A stretch of DNA of 64,000 bases from Octopus sinensis (Eukaryota): contig NC_042998.1 in NCBI RefSeq assembly GCF_006345805.1, forward strand, positions 163,680,001 to 163,744,000, written 5' to 3'. The position numbers were made by a program, and so were the translations under genes. The notes beneath the pieces are model-generated. The model searched no databases. It saw nothing but the letters and a program-made list of their open reading frames with translations, and was not told the origin of the DNA. Positions 13,375-27,105 of this stretch are shown piece after piece. Within the stretch, counting starts at the first letter, position 1. Every line of letters begins with the position of its first letter.

Positions 13375-15946
13375 AAGTTTGAAAAATTTTGGGGGAAAAT
13401 TTTCGAAAAAGTATGGAAGGCCAGCAGTGCCAAAATCACAAAGTATGGAAGGCCAGCGGTGCCAAAATCGCAAAGTATGGAAGGCCAGCGGTGCCAAAAT
13501 CACAAAGTATGGAAGGCCAGCAGTGCCAAAATCACGAAGTATGGAAGGCCAGCGTTGCCAAAATCACAAAGTATGGAAGGCCAAATATTGTTCGAAAATT
13601 TTCCTCAAATTGAAAATTTTACCAAAACTGAAAATTTCCCCAAAAATTTTTCGAAACATTTAACCCAAAAATTTTTTGAAAATTTTCCCAAACATTTTTC
13701 CAAAATTTTCACTGAAAATTTTACCCGAAAATTTTCTCAAAATATTTTTCACCGAAACTTTTCCCCAAAAATTTTCCTAAAATTTTCTGAAAATTTCCCC
13801 CAAAAGATTCTTTGTGATTTTGGCAATGCTGGCTTTCCATACTCTGTGATTTTGGCACCACTGGCCTTCCATACTTTGTGATTTTGGCACCGCTGGCCTT
13901 CCATACTTTGTGATTTTGGCATCGCTAGCTTTCCATACTTTGTGATTTCGGCACTGCTGGCCTTTCATACTTTGTGATTTTGGCAACGCTGGCCTTCCAT
14001 ACTTTGTGATTTTCCTCAAAAAATTTTTCGAAATTTTATCCAATAATTTTTCGAAAATTTTCCCTAAAAATTTTTCGAAAATTTTCCCAAAAATTTTTCC
14101 AAAAGTTTCACCGAAAACTTTACCCAAAACTTTTTCCAAAATTTTATCGAAAAATTTTACCCAAAAATTTTTCCAAAATTTTACACAAAAAGTTTTCGAA
14201 AATTTTTCCAAAATTTTCCCCAAATATTGTTCGAAAATTTTCCCCAAAAATTTTTCGAAAAGTTTTACCGAAAATTTTCCCCAAAAATTTTTCGAAAGAT
14301 TTTACCAAAAAATTTTTCTAAAATTTTCACGGAAAATTTTACCCAAAAATTTTTGGAAAATTTCACCGAAAATTTTCTCAAAATATTTTTCAACGAAAAT
14401 TATCCCCAAAAATTTTCCTAAAATTTTCACTAAAACTTTTCCTAAATTTTTCACTAAAAAGTTTCCCCAAAAAATTCTGTGATTTTGGCAATGCTTTCCA
14501 TACTTTGTGATTTTGGCACCACTGGCCTTCCATACTTTGTGATTTTGGCACCGCTGGCCTTCCATACTTTGTGATTTTGGCACCGCTAGCTTTCCATACT
14601 TTGTGATTTCGGCACTGCTAGCCTTCCATACTTTGATTTTGGCAACGCTGGCCTTCCATACTTTGTGATTTTCCTCAAAAATTTTTGAATATTTTATCCA
14701 ATAATTTTTCGAAAATTTTCCCCAAAAATTTTCTTAAAATTTTCACTAAAAATTTTCTTAAAATTTTTCCGAAAATTTCCCGCAAAAAATTATTTGTGAT
14801 TTTGGCAATGCTGGCTTTCCATACTTTGTGATTTTGGCACCACTGGCCTTCCATAATTTGTGATTTTGGCACCGCTGGCCTTCCATACTTTGTGATTTTG
14901 GCACCGCTGGCCTTCCATACTTTGTGATTTTGGCACCGCTGGCCTTCCATACTTTGTGATTTTGGCACCGCTAGCTTTCCATACTTTGTGATTTCGGCAC
15001 CGCTGGCCTTCCATACTTTGTGATTTTGGCAACGCTGGTCTTCCATACTTTGTGATTTTGGCAACGCTGGCCTTCCATACTTTGTGATTTTGGCAACGCT
15101 GGCCTTCAATACTTTTTCCAAAATTTTATGGAAAGATTTTTTGATAATTTTTAACCGAAAATTTTATCCAAAAATTTTTCGAAAATCACATTGCCAAAAT
15201 CACAAAGAATTTTTTGGGGAAAATTTTTAGTGAAAATTTTAGGAAAATTTTTGGGGAAAATTATCGGTGAAAAATATTTTCAGAAAATTTTCGGGAAAAT
15301 TTTCGAAAAATTTTTGGGTAAAATTTTCGAAAAATTTTTATGGAAAATTTTCGAAAAATTTTTTGGTCAAATTTTCGGTGAAATCTTTCGAAAAATTTTT
15401 GGGGAAAATTTTCGGTGAAACTTTTCGAAAAATTTTTGGGGCAAAATTTTCAGTTTTGGTAAAATTTTTAATTTGGGGAAAATTTTCGACAAAAATTTTC
15501 GAAAAATTTTTGTGTAAAATTTCCGTGAAAATTTTCGAAAAATTTTTGGGAAAATTTCGAAAAATTTTCGGGTAAAATTTTCGAAAAATTTTTGGGTTAA
15601 GTTTTCGGTGAAAATTTTCGAAAAATTTTTGGGGAAAATTTTCGGTGAAAATTTTCGAAAAATTTTTGGGAAAATTTCGAAAAATTTTCGGGTAAAATTT
15701 TCGAAAAATTTTTGGGTTAAGTTTTCGGTGAAAATTTTCGAAAAATTTTTGGATAAAATTTCGAAAAACTTTGGAGGAAAATCACAAATTATGGAAGGCC
15801 AGCGGCCAAAATCACAAAGTATGGAAGGCCAGCGGTGCCGAAATCACAAAGTATGGAAAGCTAGCGGTGCCAAAATCACAAAGTATGGAAGGCCAGCGTT
15901 GCCAAAATCACAAAGTATGGCAAAAAATTTCGAAAAATCACAAAGT
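13375..15946. repeat. Composite satellite: about 32 copies of a 32-bp unit (GGAAGGCCAGCGGTGCCAAAATCACAAAGTAT) in five blocks, alternating with 10-13-bp GAAAATTTTC-type A/T-tract repeats; central 1.6 kb inverted
   Basis: Forward blocks 13408-13582 and 15779-15920; reverse blocks 13811-14010, 14478-14670 and 14793-15112; strand switches near 13583 and 15181. Confidence 0.95.
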
Positions 15947-15949
15947 TTT

Positions 15950-16230
15950 TTTTGCAAGCCTATTGGCCTCTTCTGCCAAACCGCTAAGTTACAGGGATGT
16001 AAACACACCAACATCGGTTGTCAAGCAATGGGAAGGAGGGGGGAAAGACACAAAGACACACACTTAAATATATACATATATATGACAGGCTTCTTTCAGT
16101 TTCCATCTACCAAATCCACTTACAAGGCTTTTGTCGGCCTGAGGTTATAATAAACAACACTTGCCCAAGGTGCCATGCAGTGGGACTGAACCTGGAACCA
16201 CATGCCTATCCACACAGCCACTCCTGTCCA
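15950..16230 (-). mobile_element. Major SINE remainder; its tail remnant (13330-13357) lies on the other side of the satellite
   Basis: cagtcatttgactg on the left and tttgcaagcc...gccaaaccgctaag on the right are colinear with the SINE consensus, missing about 55 bp. Confidence 0.75.
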
Positions 16231-16387
16231 TATATATCTATCTATCTATATATATATATAGTACTATATACTGAACCTTACAAAGGTCCTGACAATTAAT
16301 TTGTCATATTTACATACCGAAATTTACCGGTAAATAATTGTTGGTTACATGAAAAACCACAGGAAAATTATTTACCATTTTTATTGC

Positions 16388-16424
<37 letters not shown>

Positions 16425-17150
16425 CTTCCTTCATAACATACATGTCACCTAACATACTCTAACACCATGTCTAGCAAAAGTTTCTTTCAGCATCAGTACC
16501 ATCCATCCTAGTAAATGTTCACTTCTGTGGTTGGTGACTAAGGAGCAAGCCAATTCTCTGAAGTAGCACTGCAAATGGTTAGGTCATTTGCATCAGAAAA
16601 CCTTAAAGTGCAAGTGGCTGATCACTTTTCAGACACATGTACCCTGAACATAGTTCTCAGGGAGATTCAGTGCAGCATAAAATGTGACAAGGCTGGCTCT
16701 TTGACATTCTTGCCAGCTGAGTGAAGTGAAGCAACATGAAATAAAGTGTCTTGCTCAAGGACACAACATACCGCTAGTAATTGAATTCATGACTTTACGA
16801 TCATGAGCAGAATATCCTAACCACTGAGCCATGTACCTGCAAACATCTACAATAACATATATAAGACTGCATAGTTGGTGGTGAGGTCATAGGAAAGCTG
16901 CATGTATGAAACAGCTTCAGTTTCTGCTGAAAGTCATTTTCGTTTAGCTTATGCTCTCTAGTTACAGACTTGAACCTCACAGCTTCATGTGTTCCTTTCT
17001 TCATAACAAACCCAGTGTCTCGAGACTACTCAAAATGTTCCAACATATAACATGCTGCCACTTCCTTGTTTAGAACATGTGTATCTCTGCACATGTATAT
17101 ATGAATGCATATACGAGTGTATCTCTTAATGTATACATACCTGTGTGTGT

Positions 17151-17267
<117 letters not shown>

Positions 17268-17882
17268 TAAATGTTTGCATGATGTACACACATGTCTAAC
17301 ATACTGTAAGTTACTCATTGGTCAGTGTTATTGGGTTTATGTGTGTCAGTCAGTTACATTCCAATTTAGTGAGACAGGAGACAGCTGGCTAACCTCCCAG
17401 CTGAGCATACTGTTTAATCATTTGGCTTATCATTCACTCTCTTTATCTCTTTCTGTCTCTCATGCTCTCTCTCTCTTTTTTTCTTCTCACCTCACGCTCT
17501 AATTTTCTTTCCTTGTCTCTGTCGTTTCCTAATAGTTACATATATGTGTACAGCAACCCTTTTATTTGTAGAACCCCACTAGAAGAAAAGGGTTACCTGA
17601 TTTGGGGACTGAACTGGTCAAGTACTGCTGTTCTTATTTGATGAATGGAATGCCCTTTAGGGAACACATTAATACAAAGTAAGGACAATATGATTAGGGA
17701 CACCTTTTACTTAGAAATAATCAAATGCAGCAACACACACATTGCATATATGTGTATGTGCGTTTGTGAGAATATATATATGTGTGTGCGTACGCATACA
17801 TAGAAATTGCATACTTGTGTTCTTATCCTCTCTCTCTCACTCTCTCACTCACACACACATATACATGTATTTACTACCTCAG

Positions 17883-17903
17883 GTGGAACTCTTTATATTA
17901 TCG
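17883..17903 (+). CDS. Gene 1 candidate 21-nt exon b (phase 2 to 2): (M)WNSLYY(R)
   Basis: Acceptor tttactacctcag, weaker donor CG|gttagc; frame-preserving, and supplies the Trp expected in a PH C-terminal helix (EKQMW). Confidence 0.35.
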
Positions 17904-19810
17904 GTTAGCTTGCTAATTGGGCAAAAACAGAAACAGGAAAATGTTTGAGTTTTTGTATTGAGACACCAACACCACAAATACCACCGCCAACACCATCACT
18001 ACCACTGTCAACATCATGGCCAACACTATATATATATATATATATATATACATACATATATACACACACATATGTGTGTGTGCGTATGTGTGTATATATA
18101 TAGATTAAAGAAAAAATGTATGGAAACCAAACAAACAAAAAGTGAAAGTAATTGGAGAAGATTTTTATTGGGGGAGGGAACCTAATTTTCTTGGTATGAC
18201 AATGTAGTTACATGCGTTATATAGTGCCAAACTCTGACTCTTGAATAGAAAGTCTCTGTCTTCAAGACCTACTGTCACACCATCTCCGTCTCCGCCCCTT
18301 AACAAAAAAAATCAAAATAAAAGAAATGTTTTCGTTAGTCTGGTGACAATTACAAAGTCAGATCTTTCTGAAAGAAGATTTTAGTGTTGTGATGACAATA
18401 ATGTCAGTCTGTTGTCATCATCAGCATTATGATGAGTCATCACTGAAGCCACTTTTGTAATTTAGAGGTTCTTGACAACATGATATTTTTGAATATGCAG
18501 GAAATAGATTCTTTATTTTTATTTACTATTTTGTTGACAATTTTGGGTGGGATTTAAAAATTAGCATCTGCTTTACTTTTGTTTTCTTTGGTCACTTCTC
18601 TTCTTCTTCTTTATCTGCTGCTGCTGTTGTTGTTGTTTGCCACTGGTCAGTTCTGGTATAGCTGACCACTGACCAAATGCATTCCAGTTGCTTTTCCAGA
18701 AAGACGCTACTGACGACTACATTATTTAGCATGTCCTTTCTGTTTAAGACAGGGAGTTGTCAATTGAAGAAGACTTGTCAGTTGCTCTTTCTAGTAAATC
18801 AAATGATCGGGAAATGGACACATTTATCAGCTCATCATTACTCTTTTATTTATGTTATGTGTGTGCCTTCATCTATTGGCATTTAATTGTGCATGTATCT
18901 GTATGACAGCAAGTTCAGTCTTCTTGATGATCTCCTAATTAGTAATATTCTTGAAGCTAGTAGATATTTTTATACCAGAAATGTTCCCTGACCCCACTTC
19001 TGTGGGGTTGGAGAAAATTTATATAATCATAACCAAGGAGAATGGAGTGAGTGAGTCCTTTTGTTGATAATACAAATTATGGTAGTAAGTGGAATTCATG
19101 CATTACTCTGAAGATTTGTCATTTGATTGTATCAGTATAAGGATACTTCTGGAATAGTAATATATCTGTATGATTGAGATCAAATATTGATGAAACAATT
19201 GTAAATTTATGCAATAAAAACATTTGTTCACTCTATCCTCCTTGTGAATAATTATATAAACTCTTTGGATATTTATGGATTTTCAGAAATGTTATTTGTA
19301 AAACAATCAGTCGCTGATTTAAAGTTCATTTGTGATAGCCTGCACCTACTATGCCTTGTAACCTCTGCTGGACATTCCCCATTTTTTTTCCTTTTTCATA
19401 TACCAAATGTGTGTAACCATGCAAGTCCCTGTACAAGAACATGTCCTGCCCCTCCCCTTCTCTCATAGTAATCCCCTCCTCCCCAAACATAAAGTTGACC
19501 CCTCACCCACCACCACAACCCCCAGAGCTTGTAGTCCTGCAAACTGGATAGTGACCTCAACAGTGCAGGTAGCATGAAAAAAGCACCCAGTCCATACTGT
19601 AAAGTGGTTAGCATTAGGAAGGGTATCTAGCCATTAAATCGATTCCAAAGCAGACACTGGAACTCAATATGGTCCTTGAACTCATCAGTTCCTACTAAAC
19701 CATTCAATTCATGCCTGCATGAAATGTAGACATTAAATGATGATGATATATATATCTCTAGATATATATGTTTGTGTGTGTGTGTGTGTGAATATATATA
19801 TGAATGTATG

Positions 19811-19851
<41 letters not shown>

Positions 19852-20556
19852 AAGTGTTGTGCTGTGCTGATGATGCATTTTAAGGCAGAAATATCTGTTG
19901 TCTATTTGTCTCAAGCCAGTTAGATTGTCTTTTCCTTAATGGCATGCTGATTTATCTGTTGGCATTAGGAAGGGTGTCCAGCCATAGAAATCATGCCAAA
20001 ACAGACATGGAGCCTGAATAGCCCTTCAGCTGATCAGCTCCTGTCAAACTGTCCAACCCATACCAACATTGAAAACAGACATTAAACGATGTTGATGATG
20101 ATCCCAATTAATTTTTGAGGTTACCTCCCCTTCTCATTTCAGTCAAATCCAATTGCTACAAAGTGTTGTTTTGCCTTCTCCAGGACTGGAAATAACTTCA
20201 ATAAATTAAGAATTTCTTTTGTATGGTGTTTAACATGCCTTTATTTGTTTGTGTTGTTCAAATCCATAGCAATGGTAACTCTGAGCTATTTTTCTTAGCT
20301 CATTTTCGTTTTAATTCTGCAAATTATCCTGAGCTTTTAATGTTCTCTATGCTTTTTATATGTATAAGTATTTCATCTGCTTGAGTCAGAGTAAAACAAC
20401 TACTGTGCTGATAACGCCTACAATGCAGAAATGCATATCTAAAGCCGTCCTGGTGCCTCCAGACAGACTCTTTTGTCCTTAATGCATGTCAGTTCTGAAG
20501 ACTAAATTTATTTATATATATTTGTATTTGACTATGGATTTATGATTTAATTTCAG

Positions 20557-20643
20557 ATCCCTTAAAGCTGAATTCACAAAACTGAATGAGATTATTAGTA
20601 AACACCGCATTGATTCAGTCAACCTTAGACATCATATAACTTT
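20557..20643 (+). CDS. Gene 1 exon c (87 nt, phase 2 to 2): SLKAEFTKLNEIISKHRIDSVNLRHHIT
   Basis: Acceptor atttaatttcag, consensus donor TT|gtaagt; only one frame is open. Confidence 0.72.
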
Positions 20644-22387
20644 GTAAGTATTGCATATCTTGATGTTCATATGTATCTGTGTGTGAATGTGTGTGCGTGA
20701 GTGTGATCACCCTCATATTTCTGTGTTTGCATGCATTTATATATTTCATTATACATGCATTATACATCCTACCACCTGTTCATACAGGTGCATTTCTAGT
20801 AACCATGTATTTGCATACATATGTTCTCTTCTATGTGCATAATGATATACACAGATGTTTATCTTAAGGTGCATATTTCTGTATTTGAAAGAGTTGGTAG
20901 CATTTACACATTAGTATATGTGTATCTGTGTGAAGATGCATGGTTTAGTGGTTAGGATCATAAGTTAGCAATCATAAGGTCATGAGTTCAATTACTGGTG
21001 GCACATTGTGTCTGAGCAAGACACTTTGTTTCACATTGCTCCAGTCCACTCAGCTGGCAAAAATGAGTTGTACCTGTTATTCAAAGGGCCAGCCCTGTCA
21101 CATTCTGTGTCACACTGAATCTCCCTGACAACCACATTATGGTTACATATGTCTGTAGAGTGTTCAGCTACTTGTTTATTAATTTCACAAGAAGGCTGTT
21201 CTGTTGATCGGATCAACTGGAACCCTTGTCATCATAATTGATGTAGTGCCAGTATATGTGTGTCTGCATTTGTATGCTTATGAATTTGCACATTCAGAGG
21301 GGCAAGCATGACCAAATGCATTAGACATTTTCTTCCTAATGTGTTTCAAAATTTTTGCGCATGTCTGGCAATTTTTTACGGGTAAGGGATTAATTGATTA
21401 CTTCAATTCCAGTTCTTGACTGGTACTATATTTTATCTACCCCCAAGTGGACAAACAGCAAAGTTGACCTTGGCAGGATTTGAGCTCAGAATGTTAAGAG
21501 CTGAAAGAAATACCACAAGGTGTCTTGCTCATTGCTCTCCTGATTCTGCAATTCCCCCACTTTAATCATGAGTTTGTGTGTTTGAACACACTGCATGGTA
21601 CCTTTGTCAAATATCTTCTACTAAATAAAGCCTTGGGTCAACATAAGCTTTGGAAGTGAAATTGGAATGAAGGAAACTATATGAAAATTGTCAGTTGAAT
21701 TATACCAGTGACTCAAAAATTAAGTCTTCTTAGCAGATTCTGCCTGGGGTCTACATTAAGTGTACAAGCATCTGTCTAATACTTGATGACTTACACTGTA
21801 ATTCAATGAGCAGGTAGTTCCATTGATGGAACAATTGGAACATTCTTCTTTATGTTCTGAGTTCAAATTCCACTCAGGTTGACTTTGGCTATTATCCTCT
21901 TGGGATCAATAAAATAAGTACCAGTTGAGCACTGGAGGTAATCTAATTGACTTAGCTTCCTTCCATAAACCTACTAGCCTTGTGCCAAAATTTGAAACCA
22001 TTCTTCTATTATTCTTATTATTATTGTTGTTGTTGTTGCTGTTATTATTATTATTGCACTGTTTCTGTTTCCAGTGAACACTAGACTTGTTTTAAAAATT
22101 CTATACTTTTAGTTTTCTTGTGAAATATTTATTTGCATTTTATGGTTTTCTATTTTTATATATTTTAAAGAATCTTCAATAGTCTTAGAGTTCGACTTAT
22201 TTTTATTTTTATTGATTTAAAAAAAAAAATTTATATTTTAATTGTTTCTAAACATTGTAATCTCCACCATTGATAGCAATTATACCGATACATATGTTTC
22301 TCAAAAGACCTATGCGTCTTATGGTCTAGTTCTTAGCTCTGGCTTCTTGATGTGAGGTTCATAAAAGATAAATCTTTTCTATGACAG

Positions 22388-22443
22388 AACAACCATCAAT
22401 CTCAGGTTAAAGCAAAAAGAAACTTGTTATTTGTTTGTGACAG
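22388..22443 (+). CDS. Gene 1 exon d (56 nt, phase 2 to 1): TTINLRLKQKETCYLFVT
   Basis: Acceptor tcttttctatgacag, donor CAG|gtaggt; provides exactly the phase 2 to 1 shift needed between exons c and e with no stop. Confidence 0.65.
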
Positions 22444-22529
22444 GTAGGTAAACTAAGGTGCACAGGATTAAGTGTGCCACCCAAATTCCACATGGTTCTC
22501 ATTCTGGGTAGTAGTAAGTTTTCTGAGAG

Positions 22530-22945
22530 GTCTTCCCATTAGACTTAACTTGTATGCATTGGTGTTCGCAAATGTTAGGTAATGACCAAAAGAATATTGT
22601 GAATAGAAGTGGTCAAAATGGGCCCCTCCAAAGGGTTTCTGGAGTAACATTACACAAGAGGGTGCATAGTTCAGAGATTGGGGTAACTCTCCAGCTCAAA
22701 CGGCTGCTTCACCGCATTGGGCATATTATTAGAATATCGCAAGGAAGACTTGCAACAGATTCTTCAAGTCAAGCCAGCCAGCAAGAGACGTAGGGGTACA
22801 CCTAGAATGAGATGGTTGGATGATATCCATTGTCTCAGTTGGTCAAGCTTTGGAGTTCAGCCAGAAAGTCTAATGATGGTTACTTTTGATAGGACGCTAA
22901 CTGAGAACTCCATCAGTAATAGCAGGCAGAGATGATGGAAGGATA
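22530..22945 (+). mobile_element. RTE-clade LINE 3' fragment
   Basis: GHIIR...ILQVKPASKRRRGTPRMRWLDDI; a related fragment lies on the - strand at about 56330-56690. Confidence 0.7.
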
Positions 22946-23514
22946 TGTGTGTGTATGTGCAGTGGCAGACTGGCCAGGTTGCCAGTTTGCCTGATGGCAA
23001 GTGGGTCCCTGTGCCATTAGAATTCATATATGAAGGTCCATGTTAGTATCTAAGTTTGAGAATTTTTTATTCACTCCTGGAAGAATTCATTAATTATTTC
23101 AGCCTGGCTGTGTTTGTAGACAGTTGAAAAGAATACGGTTAACAAGCAAAAATAAATAAATGATAGCATTGTAGTTGCGGGTGAGCCCCCTTAGTCTCCT
23201 GGCAACCAATATTTTTAGACCCAGTCTGCCACTGTGTGTGTGTGTGTGTGTGTAGTTCAAATTTGCAGGAAACAGAAGATGAAGACAGGTGAAGGAAAAA
23301 CAAACAGGTGTATTAGTTTGATGCCTGGGAAAAATGGAAAAGACTTTGATGTTTTGAGTCTATACTTTTTGACAGAAAGGATTGAGAGGTAAAAATGGAG
23401 AGAGAAAGAAAAACAAATAGGGAGAGCTAAAAATGTGTGGAGATTAATAGTTCCACATAATGTATGTATATATACACACGTGTATGTGTGTGTATATATA
23501 TATATTTATATATA

Positions 23515-23874
23515 TACTAGCAGTATCGCCCGGCGTTGCTCGGGTTTGTAAGTGAAATAACTATATAAGCATTTTTAGAGAGTTATAGCCAAAAAATGCA
23601 TTAAAAATGGAAAAAAAATTATGGTAAATTTTTTTTTAAATCGTTGACTCATCATAGACATTTTTAGAGAGTTAATTCCCTTATATAATAGCGAAAAAAA
23701 TGCATTAAAATGGAAAAAATGATGGTAAATTTTTTTTTAAATCGTAGACGGGCTCGTATGAATCATGACTATAAGATACCCGGTTTTGGTTAAACTGCAC
23801 CGCAAAATGTGGGAGTAGTTAGGAATCTAAATCGTAGGAGACAGACACACAGCTTGACTTTTATATATAAAGAT
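23515..23874 (+). mobile_element. Non-autonomous Helitron/Helentron-like element
   Basis: 5' TACTAGC plus hairpin CCCG-GCGTTGCT-CGGG; internal ~80-bp diverged duplication; 3' ACAGAC...TTTTATATATAAAGAT; inserted in a TA tract. Confidence 0.65.
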
Positions 23875-25071
23875 ATATATATCAATTTAATTCACAACCA
23901 TAAGAGCTACTAATAATTTCATGCTTTTATGATACTTTGATTAGACATATTTATAAAATGCTCCATGTATCTCCACTTGATGAAGTATTTTTTTTTTATT
24001 CTACTTACATTGGAACTATAAACTATATGAATGTATGTATGTATAACATTTGCTTCTCCATGCTTGCATGGGTCAGACAGAATTTGTTGAGGCAGATTTT
24101 CTACCCCCAGTTGTCCTTCCTACCATCAACTCTCACCTATCTCCAAGCAAGGTAATATTTTTCCATAAGCTAGACATTGTTTACAACAGACTGGACACAA
24201 ACAACATCACTTGTATGTCAGGGGTGCTTGTACACAACCATCATGTGATATCATGACAAAGGTACACTCAAACACACACACACACACACACACATATTTA
24301 CATACATCCAACAGGCTTCTTTTTGTGAGGATTAGGAAGCAAACTTCTTAAACATGCTGCCATTCCTATGTTCTGTCATGGTATGAATATTTATTGATAT
24401 TTACAAGGTGTGACTGACAGTTGTTTTATTTCAACTGTCTGAATTCAGAGTTCCTGATTTCACTTTTGCCTTTCACCTCGCCAGAGTGAAAAAAACAGAA
24501 GACCTTTTACATGCTTAACTGATTCAATTAATTTTTGTTAGAACCATTATTGTTGTTATTACCTTTAAAATATCTTTTAAGAAGGTTGGATTGTGATTTG
24601 AAGGAGATTTGGTTGCTATTTCTAACAGGCTGAGTAACCGGATAAAGGTTCCTACTTATCTGCTTGCTGTATCATACAGAAAGAATATATATGTATTTCT
24701 CTCTTTGAATCGGTGGTTGTGAGGGGTTAGGGAATTTTGATGACGATAATGTGTTGTTCTTGTTGTTATGGCTCATTGTCAAATAGGTTAAATTTGAGTA
24801 AAGGTTTGTATACTAAATGTTTATTTCTTTACATCTCTAATGTGCCATGCCTGCCTGATGACTGCCACAAAAGAGAGAACAGAAAATGGGATGGGGGTGG
24901 GGCATATGAGGATGATAATATGATATTGACTACGATAATAATAATAATAATAATAATAATGATAATCTGACTTCAGCTGCTTATGATAGTAAAGAAGAAT
25001 TAAAAGTTAAGAGAATAACAATAATATGAATTATAGTTTGGCTAATAATAATAATGATGATAATAATAATG

Positions 25072-25107
<36 letters not shown>

Positions 25108-25281
25108 GTGGGGAGAATCTTGGAATGCTACTTCTGTAATGTAGTGATATTCAGAATGCTAACTTCTCTCCTTTCTTTGTGATTATCAGAAAAATCAGAA
25201 AGTGTTTTTATTATTCTTTTTTTTTCTCTCTCTTTTTTTTTATTTTATTTTGAGAAGCTGTCACAAATTAATTTTTACCAG

Positions 25282-25338
25282 TTGATGTAATTGCTTTGCG
25301 GAAATTTCCAGAAAAATCAAAGCACATCAAAGCATATG
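25282..25338 (+). CDS. Gene 1 exon e (57 nt, phase 1 to 1): (V)DVIALRKFPEKSKHIKAY, start of a C2-like domain
   Basis: Acceptor aatttttaccag, donor ATG|gtaagg; the other two frames have immediate stops. Confidence 0.72.
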
Positions 25339-26056
25339 GTAAGGGAGGGGACAATCAAAGGCAGGTTTTTTTTTCCCCAATCGTTTCCACTCCAATCTCA
25401 CCTCCCTCTACCCAAGCTTATGCCCCAGCCCTAGCCCTGGTTCCAGCTCTAGCTGTCTCTAGACCACCACCTTCTAATTGTGCCTTATCCATTCCCTCAA
25501 CCTTCTCCCCATCTTTTTTGCAACCTGACACATTAATCTTTGGTTTGGTTTGGTTTCTTTGGTTTTTATTGTCTTTTTCTCAATGGAAAATATGAAAAAT
25601 GTAAGACATAATTATGATATAAATAAATAAAATATGTTGTGAGGGTTGTGGAAGTGGTGATGGAGATAGTAGTAATGAAAGTAAGAGCTGTGGCAGTGAT
25701 GGCAACAACATAGAAAAATAAAATCAGATGAAAAGAGAAGTAAAAAGGAGAAATCTGTACAAGGAAAATTAAAGTATGAGAGAACTTAAAGAATGTTAGC
25801 ATGCAAATATATTCATTTGTGCACATGCATACATAAATACATACATACATACATACATACATACATACATACTCATACATGCACACTTGTATTTGTGTAC
25901 TTATGTATATATGTATGTCTATGCATATGTTTTTATACATATGTATATGTACATATTTACATATGTAAGTGATTCACAGGTTTGAATTTATGTGTATATC
26001 TGACTATATATATATACACACACAAATATACGCACACACACACACATATATATATA

Positions 26057-26089
<33 letters not shown>

Positions 26090-26331
26090 GTGTGTATATA
26101 TGTATATATATATATATATCTATCTATATATATGTATATATAATATGTATATATATATATATATATATATGAATATATATATATGTATATATATATGTGT
26201 ATATATATATATGTATGTATATATATGTATATATATATGTATGTATATGTGTGTATGTATATGTGTATATATATATATGTATATATATATATGTATATGT
26301 GTGTATGTATATGTGTATATATATATATATG

Positions 26332-26382
<51 letters not shown>

Positions 26383-26430
26383 GTATATGTATATATATAT
26401 GTATATGTATATATATGTATATATATATAT

Positions 26431-26839
26431 ACTCTTTTACTCTTTTACTTGTTTCAGTCATTTGACTGCGGCCATGATGGATCACCGCCTTTAATCGAGC
26501 AACTCAATCCCGGGACTTATTCTTTTGTAAGCCCAGTACTTATTCTATCGGCCTCTTTTGCAGAACCGCTAAGTAACGGGAACATAAACACACTAGCATC
26601 GGTTGTCAAGCAATGCTAGGGGGACAAACACACTCACACAAACACACACGCACACACATATATACATATATACGATGGGCTTCTTTCAGTTTCCGTCTAC
26701 CAAATCCACTCACAAGGCTTTGGTCGGCCCGAGGCTATAGTAGAAGACACTTGCCCAAGGTACCACGCAGTGGGACTGAACCCGGAAACATGTGGTTGGT
26801 AAACAAGCTACTTACCACACAGCCACTCCTGCACCTATG

Positions 26840-26887
<48 letters not shown>

Positions 26888-26962
26888 ATATATATATATG
26901 TATATATATATATGTATATATATATATGTATATATATGTATTATATATATGTATATATATGT

Positions 26963-27007
<45 letters not shown>

Positions 27008-27052
27008 TGTATATATATATGTGTGTATATATGTATATATGTATATATATAT

Positions 27053-27105
<53 letters not shown>

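Noticed and set aside
13408-15920. CRISPR-like appearance of the 32-bp repeats
   Set aside because: Units are head-to-tail with no unique spacers, the DNA is eukaryotic, and there are no cas genes.
13375-15946. Intact foldback (FB-type) transposon
   Set aside because: Both outer ends have the same orientation, so there are no terminal inverted repeats; the AAAGTTT at both edges overlaps the unit sequence and is not a reliable TSD.
13379-16150. ORFs with MEGQRCQNHKVWKASGAKITKYGRPAVPKSQS and FSKIF repeats
   Set aside because: A 32-aa period is just three 32-bp units read across all frames; open on both strands, with no splice or start context.
18979-19046. Candidate exon MFPDPTSVGLEKIYIIITKENG with gtgagt donor
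   Set aside because: Its only open frame is phase 1 to 0 (or 1 to 1), incompatible with the phase-2 neighbours.
25296-25595. Pro/Ser-rich continuation of the ORF after exon e
   Set aside because: A consensus donor at 25339 ends the exon; the rest is pyrimidine-rich intron.
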